From the NCBI GenBank assembly GCA_018824145.1, contig JAHJHC010000032.1, forward strand, positions 5,330 to 69,329: 64,000 bases of DNA, given 5' to 3'. Within the stretch, counting starts at the first letter, position 1; each line of letters starts with the position of its first letter. The stretch is from Candidatus Omnitrophota bacterium. Its GTDB lineage: Bacteria > Omnitrophota > Gorgyraeia > Gorgyraeales > Gorgyraeaceae. The notes below the pieces were generated by a model. The model made no database searches. It worked only from the letters and a program-made list of their open reading frames with translations, and had not been told where the DNA came from. The translations under genes were made by a program, and so were the position numbers. Shown here piece by piece: positions 1 to 7,983 of this stretch.

Positions 1-1445
1 AAATCTTTGGCAATCGGCTCTTTTAACTCTTCAGGAATTTTCGTATCTTCATATTTACATTTCGGACAAATCAACCTTATTAAACGCTGTGCAATAAATG
101 CCTCTACGCTCGAAGCTACCAGATACGGCTCAACACCGATATCTACCAATCTAGCAATAGCACTGGCAGCATCATTAGTATGAAGCGTAGAAAATATCAG
201 ATGTCCTGTCAAGGCAACACGAATAGCAATCTCAGCAGTCTCTGAATCCCTGACCTCTCCCACCATTATCACATCAGGATCGTGTCTTAGGATACTACGG
301 AGGCCGCGGGCAAAATCCAAACCGATTTCCGGCATAACCTGCATCTGGGTTATACCCGTAATCTCATATTCAATGGGGTCTTCTATAGTAATAATCTTAC
401 GTTCCTTAGTATTTATCTTGCTTAAACAGGCATACAGCGTCGTAGTCTTTCCGCTTCCGGTAGGGCCTGTAACAAAAATAATACCATGCGGTTTCATAAC
501 TAATCTCTCAAAGATCTGCTGATCTATACCTGAAAGCCCCAATCTCTCCAGACCAAAGAGCATCTGGGTAGGAAGGATCCTTATCACTACACTCTCCCCA
601 AAAGGTGTCGGTATGGTAGATATCCTCAAATCAAGCACTTGTTCCTGAACCCTTACAACTGCCCTGCCATCCTGCGGAAGACGGCGCTCTACAATATTTA
701 AATTAGACATGATCTTAATACGTGAAATTATGGCGTTTAAGAAACCTTTTATCCCCTGCGGGACATTGGCATCATAAAGCACACCGTCTATTCGATAACG
801 AAAATATACCTTCCCTCTATACGGCTCGATATGGATATCAGTGGCCCGTTTTCTCCACCCCTCTAAGATAATCTGATTAACCAGTTTTATTACAGAGGCG
901 TCTTCAGCTAATTTTTCAATATCTTCTACTCTTTCCTGGGAAATTTCTTGGGCACTTTCTTCAGACTTAAATCCCTGCTGCGAGTCAATACTCTCCAATG
1001 TCTCAGCTGCAGTCCCATAGTATCTGTTTAAGCCATCCGTTATATCCCTTGAGCATGAAAGGACCAATTCTATATCATAACCCAACTGTGTCCTTATCTC
1101 ATCCTGCGTCTTTATATCTAACGGATAATATGCCGCGATAGTCAAAGTCCTGCCTTTGATCTTTATAGGCAAAAATTTATAATATGAGGCGATCTTTACC
1201 GGGACCTTTTCTAACACAGCCTTATTAATGAGGCTTTTCTGCAGATTAAGATAACGTACTTTTAATTTATCTGCCAGGGCATTTAACATATCTTCTTCGG
1301 GGAGGACGCCTCTGGCGATTAAAATTTGTTGGAGGTTGCCGCCTGAGGCATCTATCTCCTTAATAAGTGCATCCAACGTCTTTTTGGAAACCAGCCCTTT
1401 CTCAACCAATGCTTCATACAAAAGTCTATCGTACTTCTTAAGCAT
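1..1445 (-). CDS. Type II secretion / type IV pilus assembly ATPase, GspE/PilB family. The start is in the window and the C-terminus runs off the window edge.
   Basis: The reverse-complement translation begins MLKKYDRLLYEALVEKGL at the ATG at 1445..1443, and the gene has a GspE_N-like N-terminus. Reverse-complementing 430-470 gives MKPHGIIFVTGPTGSGKTTTLYACL, a classic Walker A of secretion ATPases. The gene is absent from the ORF track because its stop lies outside the window. Confidence 0.85.
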   Translation of the reverse strand, partial: MLKKYDRLLYEALVEKGLVSKKTLDALIKEIDASGGNLQQILIARGVLPEEDMLNALADKLKVRYLNLQKSLINKAVLEKVPVKIASYYKFLPIKIKGRTLTIAAYYPLDIKTQDEIRTQLGYDIELVLSCSRDITDGLNRYYGTAAETLESIDSQQGFKSEESAQEISQERVEDIEKLAEDASVIKLVNQIILEGWRKRATDIHIEPYRGKVYFRYRIDGVLYDANVPQGIKGFLNAIISRIKIMSNLNIVERRLPQDGRAVVRVQEQVLDLRISTIPTPFGESVVIRILPTQMLFGLERLGLSGIDQQIFERLVMKPHGIIFVTGPTGSGKTTTLYACLSKINTKERKIITIEDPIEYEITGITQMQVMPEIGLDFARGLRSILRHDPDVIMVGEVRDSETAEIAIRVALTGHLIFSTLHTNDAASAIARLVDIGVEPYLVASSVEAFIAQRLIRLICPKCKYEDTKIPEELKEPIAKD

Positions 1446-1448
1446 ATA

Positions 1449-1898
1449 TTATCTCCCCTGCACGTATTCCCGATACCTCTCGATAATATCTTTCATATCA
1501 TCTTCGGAGACCAAAACCAATTTCAACCTGGACCCCCATGTTTCTTCTTCAGCTTTTTTCAAACCCCAGGCATCTAACGGATTGGTTATCGCAACAGTAA
1601 CTGTATCACCATCTTCCTCAATAGGAAAGCATTTATAATCTAAGATCAATGAGGGGCTGAATTTTTTTACAAAGCCCCAATCAACATATTTATATTTTAT
1701 ACTAATAAACGGGATATTAAACTGTTCGGATAACACCCCTAATAAATCCCTTTCTTTGATCTCTTTTTTTTCTACTAATATTGAGCCTAAAAATTTCTTT
1801 GTTGTTTGTTGTTCCCTTAAGGCATCCTGTAATTGCTCAGACGTTATAAGGCCCTTCTCTACTAAACTATCACCTAATCGTTTCTGTTTCTTATCCAT
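1449..1898 (-). CDS. Stand-alone MshEN / GspE N-terminal-domain protein, a candidate c-di-GMP-binding adaptor.
   Basis: This is a 149-aa protein. The segment KRLGDSLVEKGLITSEQLQDALREQ matches the RLGxxLxxxGxIxxxxLxxALxxQ MshEN motif. It sits 3 nt upstream of the GspE-like ATPase gene. Confidence 0.6.
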   Translation of the reverse strand: MDKKQKRLGDSLVEKGLITSEQLQDALREQQTTKKFLGSILVEKKEIKERDLLGVLSEQFNIPFISIKYKYVDWGFVKKFSPSLILDYKCFPIEEDGDTVTVAITNPLDAWGLKKAEEETWGSRLKLVLVSEDDMKDIIERYREYVQGR

Positions 1899-1910
1899 AA
1901 TCTCGCTGCC

Positions 1911-3323
1911 TTATTTCAATGCTCCTATAAGATAAAATTCCTGTTCCGACCTATTGTCCACCCTTCCATCTATTATCCTCTCACATCCTTCCAACGTCTC
2001 GTTCACTGTTACATAAGCACCTTTTTTGCCAGTATACGACTCTGCTACAGTAAACGGCTGCGTAAGAAAATATTGCAACTTTCTGGCACGTTCGTAAATT
2101 ATTCTGTCTGCAGGGGATAATTCATCGATTCCTATAACCAATACGATACGGCGCAACTCTTCATATTTCTGAAACATCTGAACGGCTGTATGAGCAATAT
2201 CTACATGGCGTTTTCCTACGATGTCGACATCAAGGTTGGAGCTTGATGATAATAAAGGATCGACAGCCGGATAAATACCTAGCTGAACCTTTTCACGGGA
2301 AAGGACCATCACGTTATCCATAAAGCTAAAAAGCACCACTACAGCAGGATCTGTCAGGTCATCAGCAGGAACATATACACATTCAATAGAAGTAATAGAC
2401 CCTCCTCCTTTTTGGGATGTCCTTATCCTTTCGTGAAATTCGCTTACCTCTGCCATCATTGTAGGCTGATACCCTGTCTCTGAAGGAACGCGGCCCATAA
2501 GTGTAGATGTCTCAGATCCGGCTTGAACATACCGAAAAATATTATCTACAAACAGCAAGACATCCTGGTTTTTCTTTTGAATGGCTTCTGCAAGGGTAAT
2601 CCCTGTTGCGGCTACTCCAAATCTAGCTCCGGGCGGTTCGTTCATCTGACCGAATACCATCTGCGTTTTTGAAAGGACACCTGATTCTGTAAGCTCATAG
2701 TAGAGTTCATTACCTTCACGAATACGTTCTCCTATTCCTGCGAAAACACAGGACCCTTCATGCATTTTTACGATTTTCTGAATAATTTCCAAAGTAAGTA
2801 CGCTCTTCCCCATACCAGCGCCGCCTAAGATCCCGGTTTTTGAACCTTTAACCAACGGAAAAAGAAGGTCGATAATCTTAAGCCCTGTTTCTATGACATC
2901 AAAGCTTTTTTTCTTTCTACCGCCCGTTCTGAGATAACTGCCCATATGAGTCTTGTGAATAGGCATTTTCTCAACACATTCAATTTTTCCTTTCTTGTCT
3001 ATAGGCTGTCCTAACACGTTAACCAGCCGGCCGTACATGCCTTCTCCAACAGGTATCTCTATACTCTTACCTGAATAATAAGCCTCTTGATTGCGGACTA
3101 TGTTAATCGTCGAGTTTATCGCAATACAGCGCGCAATATTCCCCGGCATGTGCTCGGAGACTTCCATAAAGACTTCTTCTCCATCAACTGTATGCGTCGT
3201 AACCAAACCAAATACATTGGGGACATCATCCTGGGACACAAACTTCACATCTACTACCGGGCCCTGGACTGAAATGACGCGTCCTACTATCTTTATATCT
3301 TTTTTATTTTTTTCCACGGACAT
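1911..3323 (-). CDS. atpD: F-type ATPase beta subunit.
   Basis: The protein has GGAGMGKSVL (P-loop), QMNEPPGARFGVAATGITLAE, YVPADDLTDPAVV, IYPAVDPL and a GIDELSPADR (DELSEED-like) segment, and aligns along its full length with F1 beta. Confidence 0.9.
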   Translation of the reverse strand: MSVEKNKKDIKIVGRVISVQGPVVDVKFVSQDDVPNVFGLVTTHTVDGEEVFMEVSEHMPGNIARCIAINSTINIVRNQEAYYSGKSIEIPVGEGMYGRLVNVLGQPIDKKGKIECVEKMPIHKTHMGSYLRTGGRKKKSFDVIETGLKIIDLLFPLVKGSKTGILGGAGMGKSVLTLEIIQKIVKMHEGSCVFAGIGERIREGNELYYELTESGVLSKTQMVFGQMNEPPGARFGVAATGITLAEAIQKKNQDVLLFVDNIFRYVQAGSETSTLMGRVPSETGYQPTMMAEVSEFHERIRTSQKGGGSITSIECVYVPADDLTDPAVVVLFSFMDNVMVLSREKVQLGIYPAVDPLLSSSSNLDVDIVGKRHVDIAHTAVQMFQKYEELRRIVLVIGIDELSPADRIIYERARKLQYFLTQPFTVAESYTGKKGAYVTVNETLEGCERIIDGRVDNRSEQEFYLIGALK

Positions 3324-4152
3324 ATCTCCCTGAAATCAGTTCGCGTAGAGCTCTATCAGCAAGCTCGTGACGGACACGAAAGTATTCTAACCTTACTTTT
3401 TTGTCTTCATCCTTCAGCTTCTCGCTCGATTCATCCAGGTGAATATAGCGGGCTGAAAATTCCGCTAGCCGGCTTACTCCAAAAATATAATGAAGCTTCT
3501 CTCCCATCCAAAGGTATACCAAATACTCGATCATATCTCCCGGCCTTGACTCCAGGATTATATCCTGATTTAAAGCGGGAATGGCCTTGCTTACATCAGG
3601 GGGGCGAAAAGGCAGAAAAGATACTGTTTCTATATGTTGCACTCCAAAGGAAACAGCTCGCGGATGTACCACTTTAACCGTATCAAACTCATTGGCCAAT
3701 GCCTTTTGGAAAATATAATCGCGCAGTTGCATTGCCTGTGTATGCCTTTCCTCATCCTGAATCCCGGGAAAGTTTACTGTCGAGTAGCCTTGTCCACTAA
3801 CATACATTTTTCCGCGCGCCCCGATAATGACCATTGTCGTAGGCATTTTCTGGGCCTCCTCAAGAGCTGCGTTTATAACTTTCATATTAAGTCCGCCCAA
3901 AAAACCGGCATCTGTGGTTATAGCAATAATAGCCTGTGCTCGTCCTTTGGCTTTCATGAAAACATGATTTACCGTATCCATATCAATATCTTTTAAAAAA
4001 CTTTCAATCGAAGGAAAAAATTCCTTAAAAACATTCAATCTCTTTTCCATCATATAATACTGTGCAATAGCAATCGATTTCAGCGTCTCAATCAAAAGCG
4101 ACAGCCCTTTATTGAATTCCATGTCTTTTTTTACGCTGATTAATGTCCTCAT
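3304..4152 (-). CDS. atpG: F-type ATPase gamma subunit.
   Basis: The 282-aa protein has AIITTDAGFLGGLNMKV (compare STDRGLCGGLN) and a C-terminal helix KVRLEYFRVRHELADRALRELISG typical of gamma. It lies between the alpha and beta genes. Confidence 0.75.
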   Translation of the reverse strand: MRTLISVKKDMEFNKGLSLLIETLKSIAIAQYYMMEKRLNVFKEFFPSIESFLKDIDMDTVNHVFMKAKGRAQAIIAITTDAGFLGGLNMKVINAALEEAQKMPTTMVIIGARGKMYVSGQGYSTVNFPGIQDEERHTQAMQLRDYIFQKALANEFDTVKVVHPRAVSFGVQHIETVSFLPFRPPDVSKAIPALNQDIILESRPGDMIEYLVYLWMGEKLHYIFGVSRLAEFSARYIHLDESSEKLKDEDKKVRLEYFRVRHELADRALRELISGRYVRGKK

Positions 4153-4153
4153 G

Positions 4154-5674
4154 CTATTTTATCTTTCCTGCAATATAATCTTTCAGGCAGCTTTCCAGCT
4201 TTTCAGCCATTTCCGTACTCATTTTTTTTGCAGTACGAAGATCACTAAAGAAAGAGGGGTGTACTTTTGTAATATACGGGCAGATATCCTCTCGGAATTG
4301 CAGGATCTGTTCTTTCGACAGGTTGTCAAGGAGCCCAAGATTCAAGGCATTCAAATAAACGATCTGGGCTTCCATTAAAACAGGCTGATTCCTATACTGA
4401 TTGATAAGGGCATTGATCGCATCTCCCCGTTTTATCTTGTCCTGAGCATCCTGTGAGATCCTGCCAGACTGCATCTGGGTCACTCTTAAAAGTTCTCTAT
4501 ACTGAATATAGTCCAGCCTTAATGTTTTACTGACCGAACGCATGGCATTCCACTGGGCCTTATTCCCGATACGAGAAACGGACAACCCAAAATCAATAGC
4601 AGGCATAAAGCCTTTCTTGAAAAGTTCGGTTGCAAAATAAAGCTGGCCGTCTGTCATCGAAACAATGTTAGTAGGAATATATCCGGTAAGGTCTCCCTGA
4701 AGGATCTCAACAATGGGGAAATATGTCATTGTCCCGTTCCCCCTTTCTTTGCTTAGATACCCCGCTCTTTCCATAAGCTGGGAATGTATATAAAAGATAT
4801 CCCCGGGATAAGCTTCACGGCCGGGAGCCCTTTCCAGGAGCAAGGATAATTGGCGATAGACCCAGGCATGCTTTGTAAGATCATCAAAGACTACAAATAC
4901 ATCCTTCCCATTGTACATGAAATATTCTCCCAGCATACTCGCAGTATAAGGGGCCAGATACTGCTCGCCGGTAGATAAGGACGCTACACCCGAAACAATA
5001 ATAGTGTATTTTAAGGCATCATGTTCTTTGAGTAAATCCACCACCTTGACAAGGCTGGAATACGGTTTTCCTATTATACAATAAATACAGATAACATCCC
5101 TTCCTTTTTGATTGAGGATGGCATCCATAGCAACCGTTGTTTTTCCTGTCTGACGGTCACCGATTAAGAGCTGGCGCTGGCCTTTGGCAGTAGGAATAAT
5201 CGCATCAAGGATCAATGTGCCTGTTTCAAATGTTTTATCAACAGGCTGCCTTTCCATAACCCCGGGAGCAACACGAAAGACAGGAAAGCTGTCATTAGCC
5301 TCAATCGGCCCGAGCCCGTCCTGAGGCATGCAAAGCCCGTTTACAATCCTGCCCACGAATGCATCACCTACAGGAAGGTCCAATGACTTGCCCTTGTTAT
5401 AGATCTCATCGCCTGCGCTAATATCCGCAACATCACCTAAAACAAGGACCTGGATATCTTCTTCAGTAAAGCCTATTACAAGGCCCAGTGTGCCATTTGC
5501 AAATTCAACGATCTGCCCGTTCATGCAAAAAGGCAACCCTTTGGCTATCACGACAAATTGCCGTACGGATTCAACGTACCCGACCTCTCTTACATCAAAG
5601 CCCGTTTGTGGTTTATCCATATCTTCTTTCTCACTACTCATCAGCCTCTTTTCCTGAGGCGTCAAGCATGGCAA
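4154..5674 (-). CDS. atpA: F-type ATPase alpha subunit. The true start is probably the internal Met near 5641.
   Basis: The protein has IGDRQTGKTTVAMDAILNQ, LLLERAPGREAYPGDIFYIHSQLMERA, PTNIVSMTDGQLYF and LSVSRIG, all hallmark F1 alpha motifs. Confidence 0.9.
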   Translation of the reverse strand: MPCLTPQEKRLMSSEKEDMDKPQTGFDVREVGYVESVRQFVVIAKGLPFCMNGQIVEFANGTLGLVIGFTEEDIQVLVLGDVADISAGDEIYNKGKSLDLPVGDAFVGRIVNGLCMPQDGLGPIEANDSFPVFRVAPGVMERQPVDKTFETGTLILDAIIPTAKGQRQLLIGDRQTGKTTVAMDAILNQKGRDVICIYCIIGKPYSSLVKVVDLLKEHDALKYTIIVSGVASLSTGEQYLAPYTASMLGEYFMYNGKDVFVVFDDLTKHAWVYRQLSLLLERAPGREAYPGDIFYIHSQLMERAGYLSKERGNGTMTYFPIVEILQGDLTGYIPTNIVSMTDGQLYFATELFKKGFMPAIDFGLSVSRIGNKAQWNAMRSVSKTLRLDYIQYRELLRVTQMQSGRISQDAQDKIKRGDAINALINQYRNQPVLMEAQIVYLNALNLGLLDNLSKEQILQFREDICPYITKVHPSFFSDLRTAKKMSTEMAEKLESCLKDYIAGKIK

Positions 5675-6377
5675 CTTGTCCCAATATCTTATGTCTCAAG
5701 CTGCCGTCCAAAACAAGACTCCCTATTTCAACAATAATCCCTGCTACGATTTTAGGATCCAGTTCTTCTTTTAAGTCCATATTACTTCCCAAAAGCTTAT
5801 TCACTTTCTTTAATAATTCGGCACGATCACTGTCACTCAACGGGAAAGCAGTCAAAACTTTTATTTCCTTGATCCCTTTTATTATCTTTAATTGACCTAT
5901 CTTCTTAAAGCCGTTTTCAATAAGGTCACGGACCCATCGCGAATGAACATCCTGCTTGAATTCCTCAGGCAAGGTATTCTGAATTGACTCACATGCCTTA
6001 TTGATTGCCTCTTTTGCTATTCTTTCATCTAATTCAGCGATAATGACCTTGCGAGACCTGTCTGCCTGTTCAACAATCTCCTCACTTCGGACTCGCGCCT
6101 CTTTTAATATCTTATCCCTTTCTGCCGCTGCCTGATTAGCAATATCTAAACGTTGTTTTTCTGCCTCATTACGGGCCACGGACAACAATTCTTCAGATTT
6201 ACGTTTTGCCTCCTCAAGCCGTCTATTTATATCCTTTTCTTTTTTACTATAATCCTGGTTTAATTCTTCAAGATGTTTTGTAGCCAAAACGACATTTCTA
6301 TTCAATATATGTTTAAACATATATATAAGCCCTATAAATATAACTATCTGGAACAATACCAAGGAAATTATAAGCAT
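5634..6377 (-). CDS. F-type ATPase b subunit fused to a delta (OSCP) C-terminal domain.
   Basis: It has an N-terminal TM helix and a long charged coiled coil typical of subunit b. The C-terminus VLTAFPLSDSDRAELLKKVNKLLGSNMDLKEELDPKIVAGIIVEIGSLVLDGSLRHKIL resembles the delta C-terminal domain. At 247 aa it appears to lack a full delta N-terminal helical bundle. Confidence 0.6.
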   Translation of the reverse strand: MLIISLVLFQIVIFIGLIYMFKHILNRNVVLATKHLEELNQDYSKKEKDINRRLEEAKRKSEELLSVARNEAEKQRLDIANQAAAERDKILKEARVRSEEIVEQADRSRKVIIAELDERIAKEAINKACESIQNTLPEEFKQDVHSRWVRDLIENGFKKIGQLKIIKGIKEIKVLTAFPLSDSDRAELLKKVNKLLGSNMDLKEELDPKIVAGIIVEIGSLVLDGSLRHKILGQVAMLDASGKEADE

Positions 6378-6398
6378 CTTATCCTCTCTTTCGGGATA

Positions 6399-6614
6399 TT
6401 ACCTTGCGAACAACTGAAACACTACCAATATTGCAATAATTGCCAAGGCCTGAGCAAAGACCAGGGCTATCACTAATGCCGTAAAAATCTTAGGGGCAGC
6501 AGACGGATTCCTGCCCAATGCGCCTATACTGGCAAAACACCCTGCAGCAAACACCGCACACGGCCCCAAGATACATACTGAAAAAATTAAAATAAGTGAA
6601 ATATTACGATCCAT
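6399..6614 (-). CDS. atpE: F-type ATPase c subunit homolog lacking the ion-binding carboxylate.
   Basis: The 71-aa protein is a two-helix hairpin with an RNP loop (compare RQP). Helix 2 reads LVFAQALAIIAIL and aligns to LVEALPIIGVV of canonical c subunits. Q55 is encoded by the CAG codon at 6452..6450 on the minus strand, which I verified from the DNA. Confidence 0.65.
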   Translation of the reverse strand: MDRNISLILIFSVCILGPCAVFAAGCFASIGALGRNPSAAPKIFTALVIALVFAQALAIIAILVVFQLFAR

Positions 6615-6861
6615 TGATTATAGGAGATGATGATTCCTCGACGACAATAGTTACTTTATTCTGATCGACTTTAACGATCCCTCTCTGTATATTAAATCTC
6701 TCTTCATCTATAAACAACGCACCTGAAATAAGCCGGCTTAAAATACGTTTGTGAAACGGTATTATCTCAAATACACCTTGCTCTCCAGGAACAATCACAC
6801 TCTGTGCCTTCCCTTTAAAAATAATCTTTCTGGGTGTTAATACATCCACATCTAATTGCAT
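6604..6861 (-). CDS. atpC: F-type ATPase epsilon subunit, N-terminal beta-sandwich domain only.
   Basis: The 85-aa protein contains LDVDVLTPRKIIFKGKAQSVIVPGEQGVFEIIPFHKRILSRL, which resembles the epsilon N-domain. It overlaps the c gene by 11 nt. Confidence 0.55.
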   Translation of the reverse strand: MQLDVDVLTPRKIIFKGKAQSVIVPGEQGVFEIIPFHKRILSRLISGALFIDEERFNIQRGIVKVDQNKVTIVVEESSSPIINGS

Positions 6862-6902
6862 TTTAACCTAGTTTTTTAAATAATACAAGACCCTATGATT
6901 TT

Positions 6903-7715
6903 TTATTCAGCCTTACTTTTATTTTCCTTGGAATCCGCCTCCGGAAATGCGGATTTCTTGGCCCCTGAAAGGCTATCTTTAGTAAGACGCGCCTGATGCT
7001 GCCACGTAAAAAACAACACCCCTGCCAAAAGGCCGCTAAATATAATAATAACGAATATTACTATCCAGGTCATGGTCTTTGAAGGAGAATCCGCCTTTAT
7101 GTTGGCATCTGCCAACATACTAGGAGAAGGCGGCCCTCCGGCAGTAACAAGGATCTTCTCCATCTTAGCAATATCTTCATCTATATTTTCTATTGCAAGT
7201 AAATTCTGACGGTAAATACCAATGTGACTCTGACGGCTAACTGACTCATCAGCCTGTGTAGTTCCAATTTCACTTAAACGTTGAAAAATACTATTGGCTA
7301 TCTCCTCAGCCTTCAGATAATACTCTGTGTCTTCAAGATTAGCTAGAATCGAGTCTGTGCGTTCCCTGAAATCAAGCAATTTAGCATCAGCTACAAGCCA
7401 GACATCTCTTACCTCGATTTCAAAGACTTTAACTTCTGAAGGTGACAGTTCCACCGTCTCTTTATACAAATAGAAGATAGATCTATCAGTATCATATTCT
7501 AAGTCCAAGCCAGCTGAATTTATAATATCATCGGGTTTTATCTCTATTGGTAAATACTTTTTAACCGGGGTAGTTTGTGTTTTTGTCTTTGATGGGTTAA
7601 CTACAACAATCTTAAAGGTCACGCTTTCAGCGGCCTTTAGTTCTCCTGAGTTTATAAAACTCCACACTGAAAACACTAATAAACCCCACACTACATTTTT
7701 TAAAATTACCCGCAT
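6903..7715 (-). CDS. Hypothetical single-pass membrane or periplasmic protein, the first gene of the ATPase-like operon.
   Basis: The 270-aa protein has an N-terminal signal or anchor helix (VVWGLLVFSVWSFINSG) and a C-terminal TM (MTWIVIFVIIIFSGLLAGVLFF). An AGGAGG SD lies about 8 nt upstream of the ATG. It shows no similarity to subunit a. Confidence 0.5.
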   Translation of the reverse strand: MRVILKNVVWGLLVFSVWSFINSGELKAAESVTFKIVVVNPSKTKTQTTPVKKYLPIEIKPDDIINSAGLDLEYDTDRSIFYLYKETVELSPSEVKVFEIEVRDVWLVADAKLLDFRERTDSILANLEDTEYYLKAEEIANSIFQRLSEIGTTQADESVSRQSHIGIYRQNLLAIENIDEDIAKMEKILVTAGGPPSPSMLADANIKADSPSKTMTWIVIFVIIIFSGLLAGVLFFTWQHQARLTKDSLSGAKKSAFPEADSKENKSKAE

Positions 7716-7801
7716 CTCTTTTTCCTCCTGTTTATTATAGTTGAATAATAACTTTTATACTAATATACCATATAATATACCCTATATACCACCTAAAGTG
7801 C

Positions 7802-7834
7802 AAAAAAAACTTGCCTTTTTTAAAAAGGCAAGTT
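7802..7834 (-). terminator. Intrinsic (rho-independent) terminator downstream of the giant gene.
   Basis: The stem CTTGCC/GGCAAG (7810-7815 and 7827-7832) has an AT loop. On the minus strand it is followed by a U8 tract, the complement of A8 at 7802-7809. Confidence 0.6.
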
Positions 7835-7857
7835 TCTCTTTTGGAAATTTGGAAATT

Positions 7858-7930
7858 GGAAATTCGGGACACATCCCAATTTTCACGCGTAGCTACAAAG
7901 CTTGAAAATTGGGATGTGTCCCGAATTTCC
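7858..7930 (-). repeat. A 27-bp perfect inverted repeat with a 19-nt loop, forming a large stem-loop in the giant-gene 3' UTR and flanked by short tandem GGAAATT repeats.
   Basis: Positions 7858-7884 (ggaaattcgggacacatcccaattttc) are the exact reverse complement of 7904-7930. The loop contains the palindrome GTAGCTAC. GGAAATT occurs three times on the left flank and CGAATTTCC twice on the right. Confidence 0.8.
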
Positions 7931-7983
7931 CGAATTTCCCTTACGCGCATCCAGCATCAAACATTGAGATTCCATAAAATACC

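Noticed and set aside
1336-1638. Plus-strand 100-aa ORF overlapping the GspE and MshEN genes.
   Set aside because: It is antisense to two well-supported minus-strand genes and its sequence is low-complexity (Ser/Leu/Ile-rich).
6903-7715. Taking the 270-aa first gene of the ATPase operon as a divergent a-subunit.
   Set aside because: It has only two hydrophobic segments (an N-terminal signal or anchor and one C-terminal TM), a soluble middle domain of about 200 aa, no polytopic 5-6 TM architecture and no conserved Arg-containing helix.
7735-7800. GGTATAT-like triple repeat upstream of the ATPase-operon start.
   Set aside because: In this AT-rich intergenic region it cannot be distinguished from generic -10-like AT-rich sequence. 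Only the AGGAGG SD is confidently assignable.
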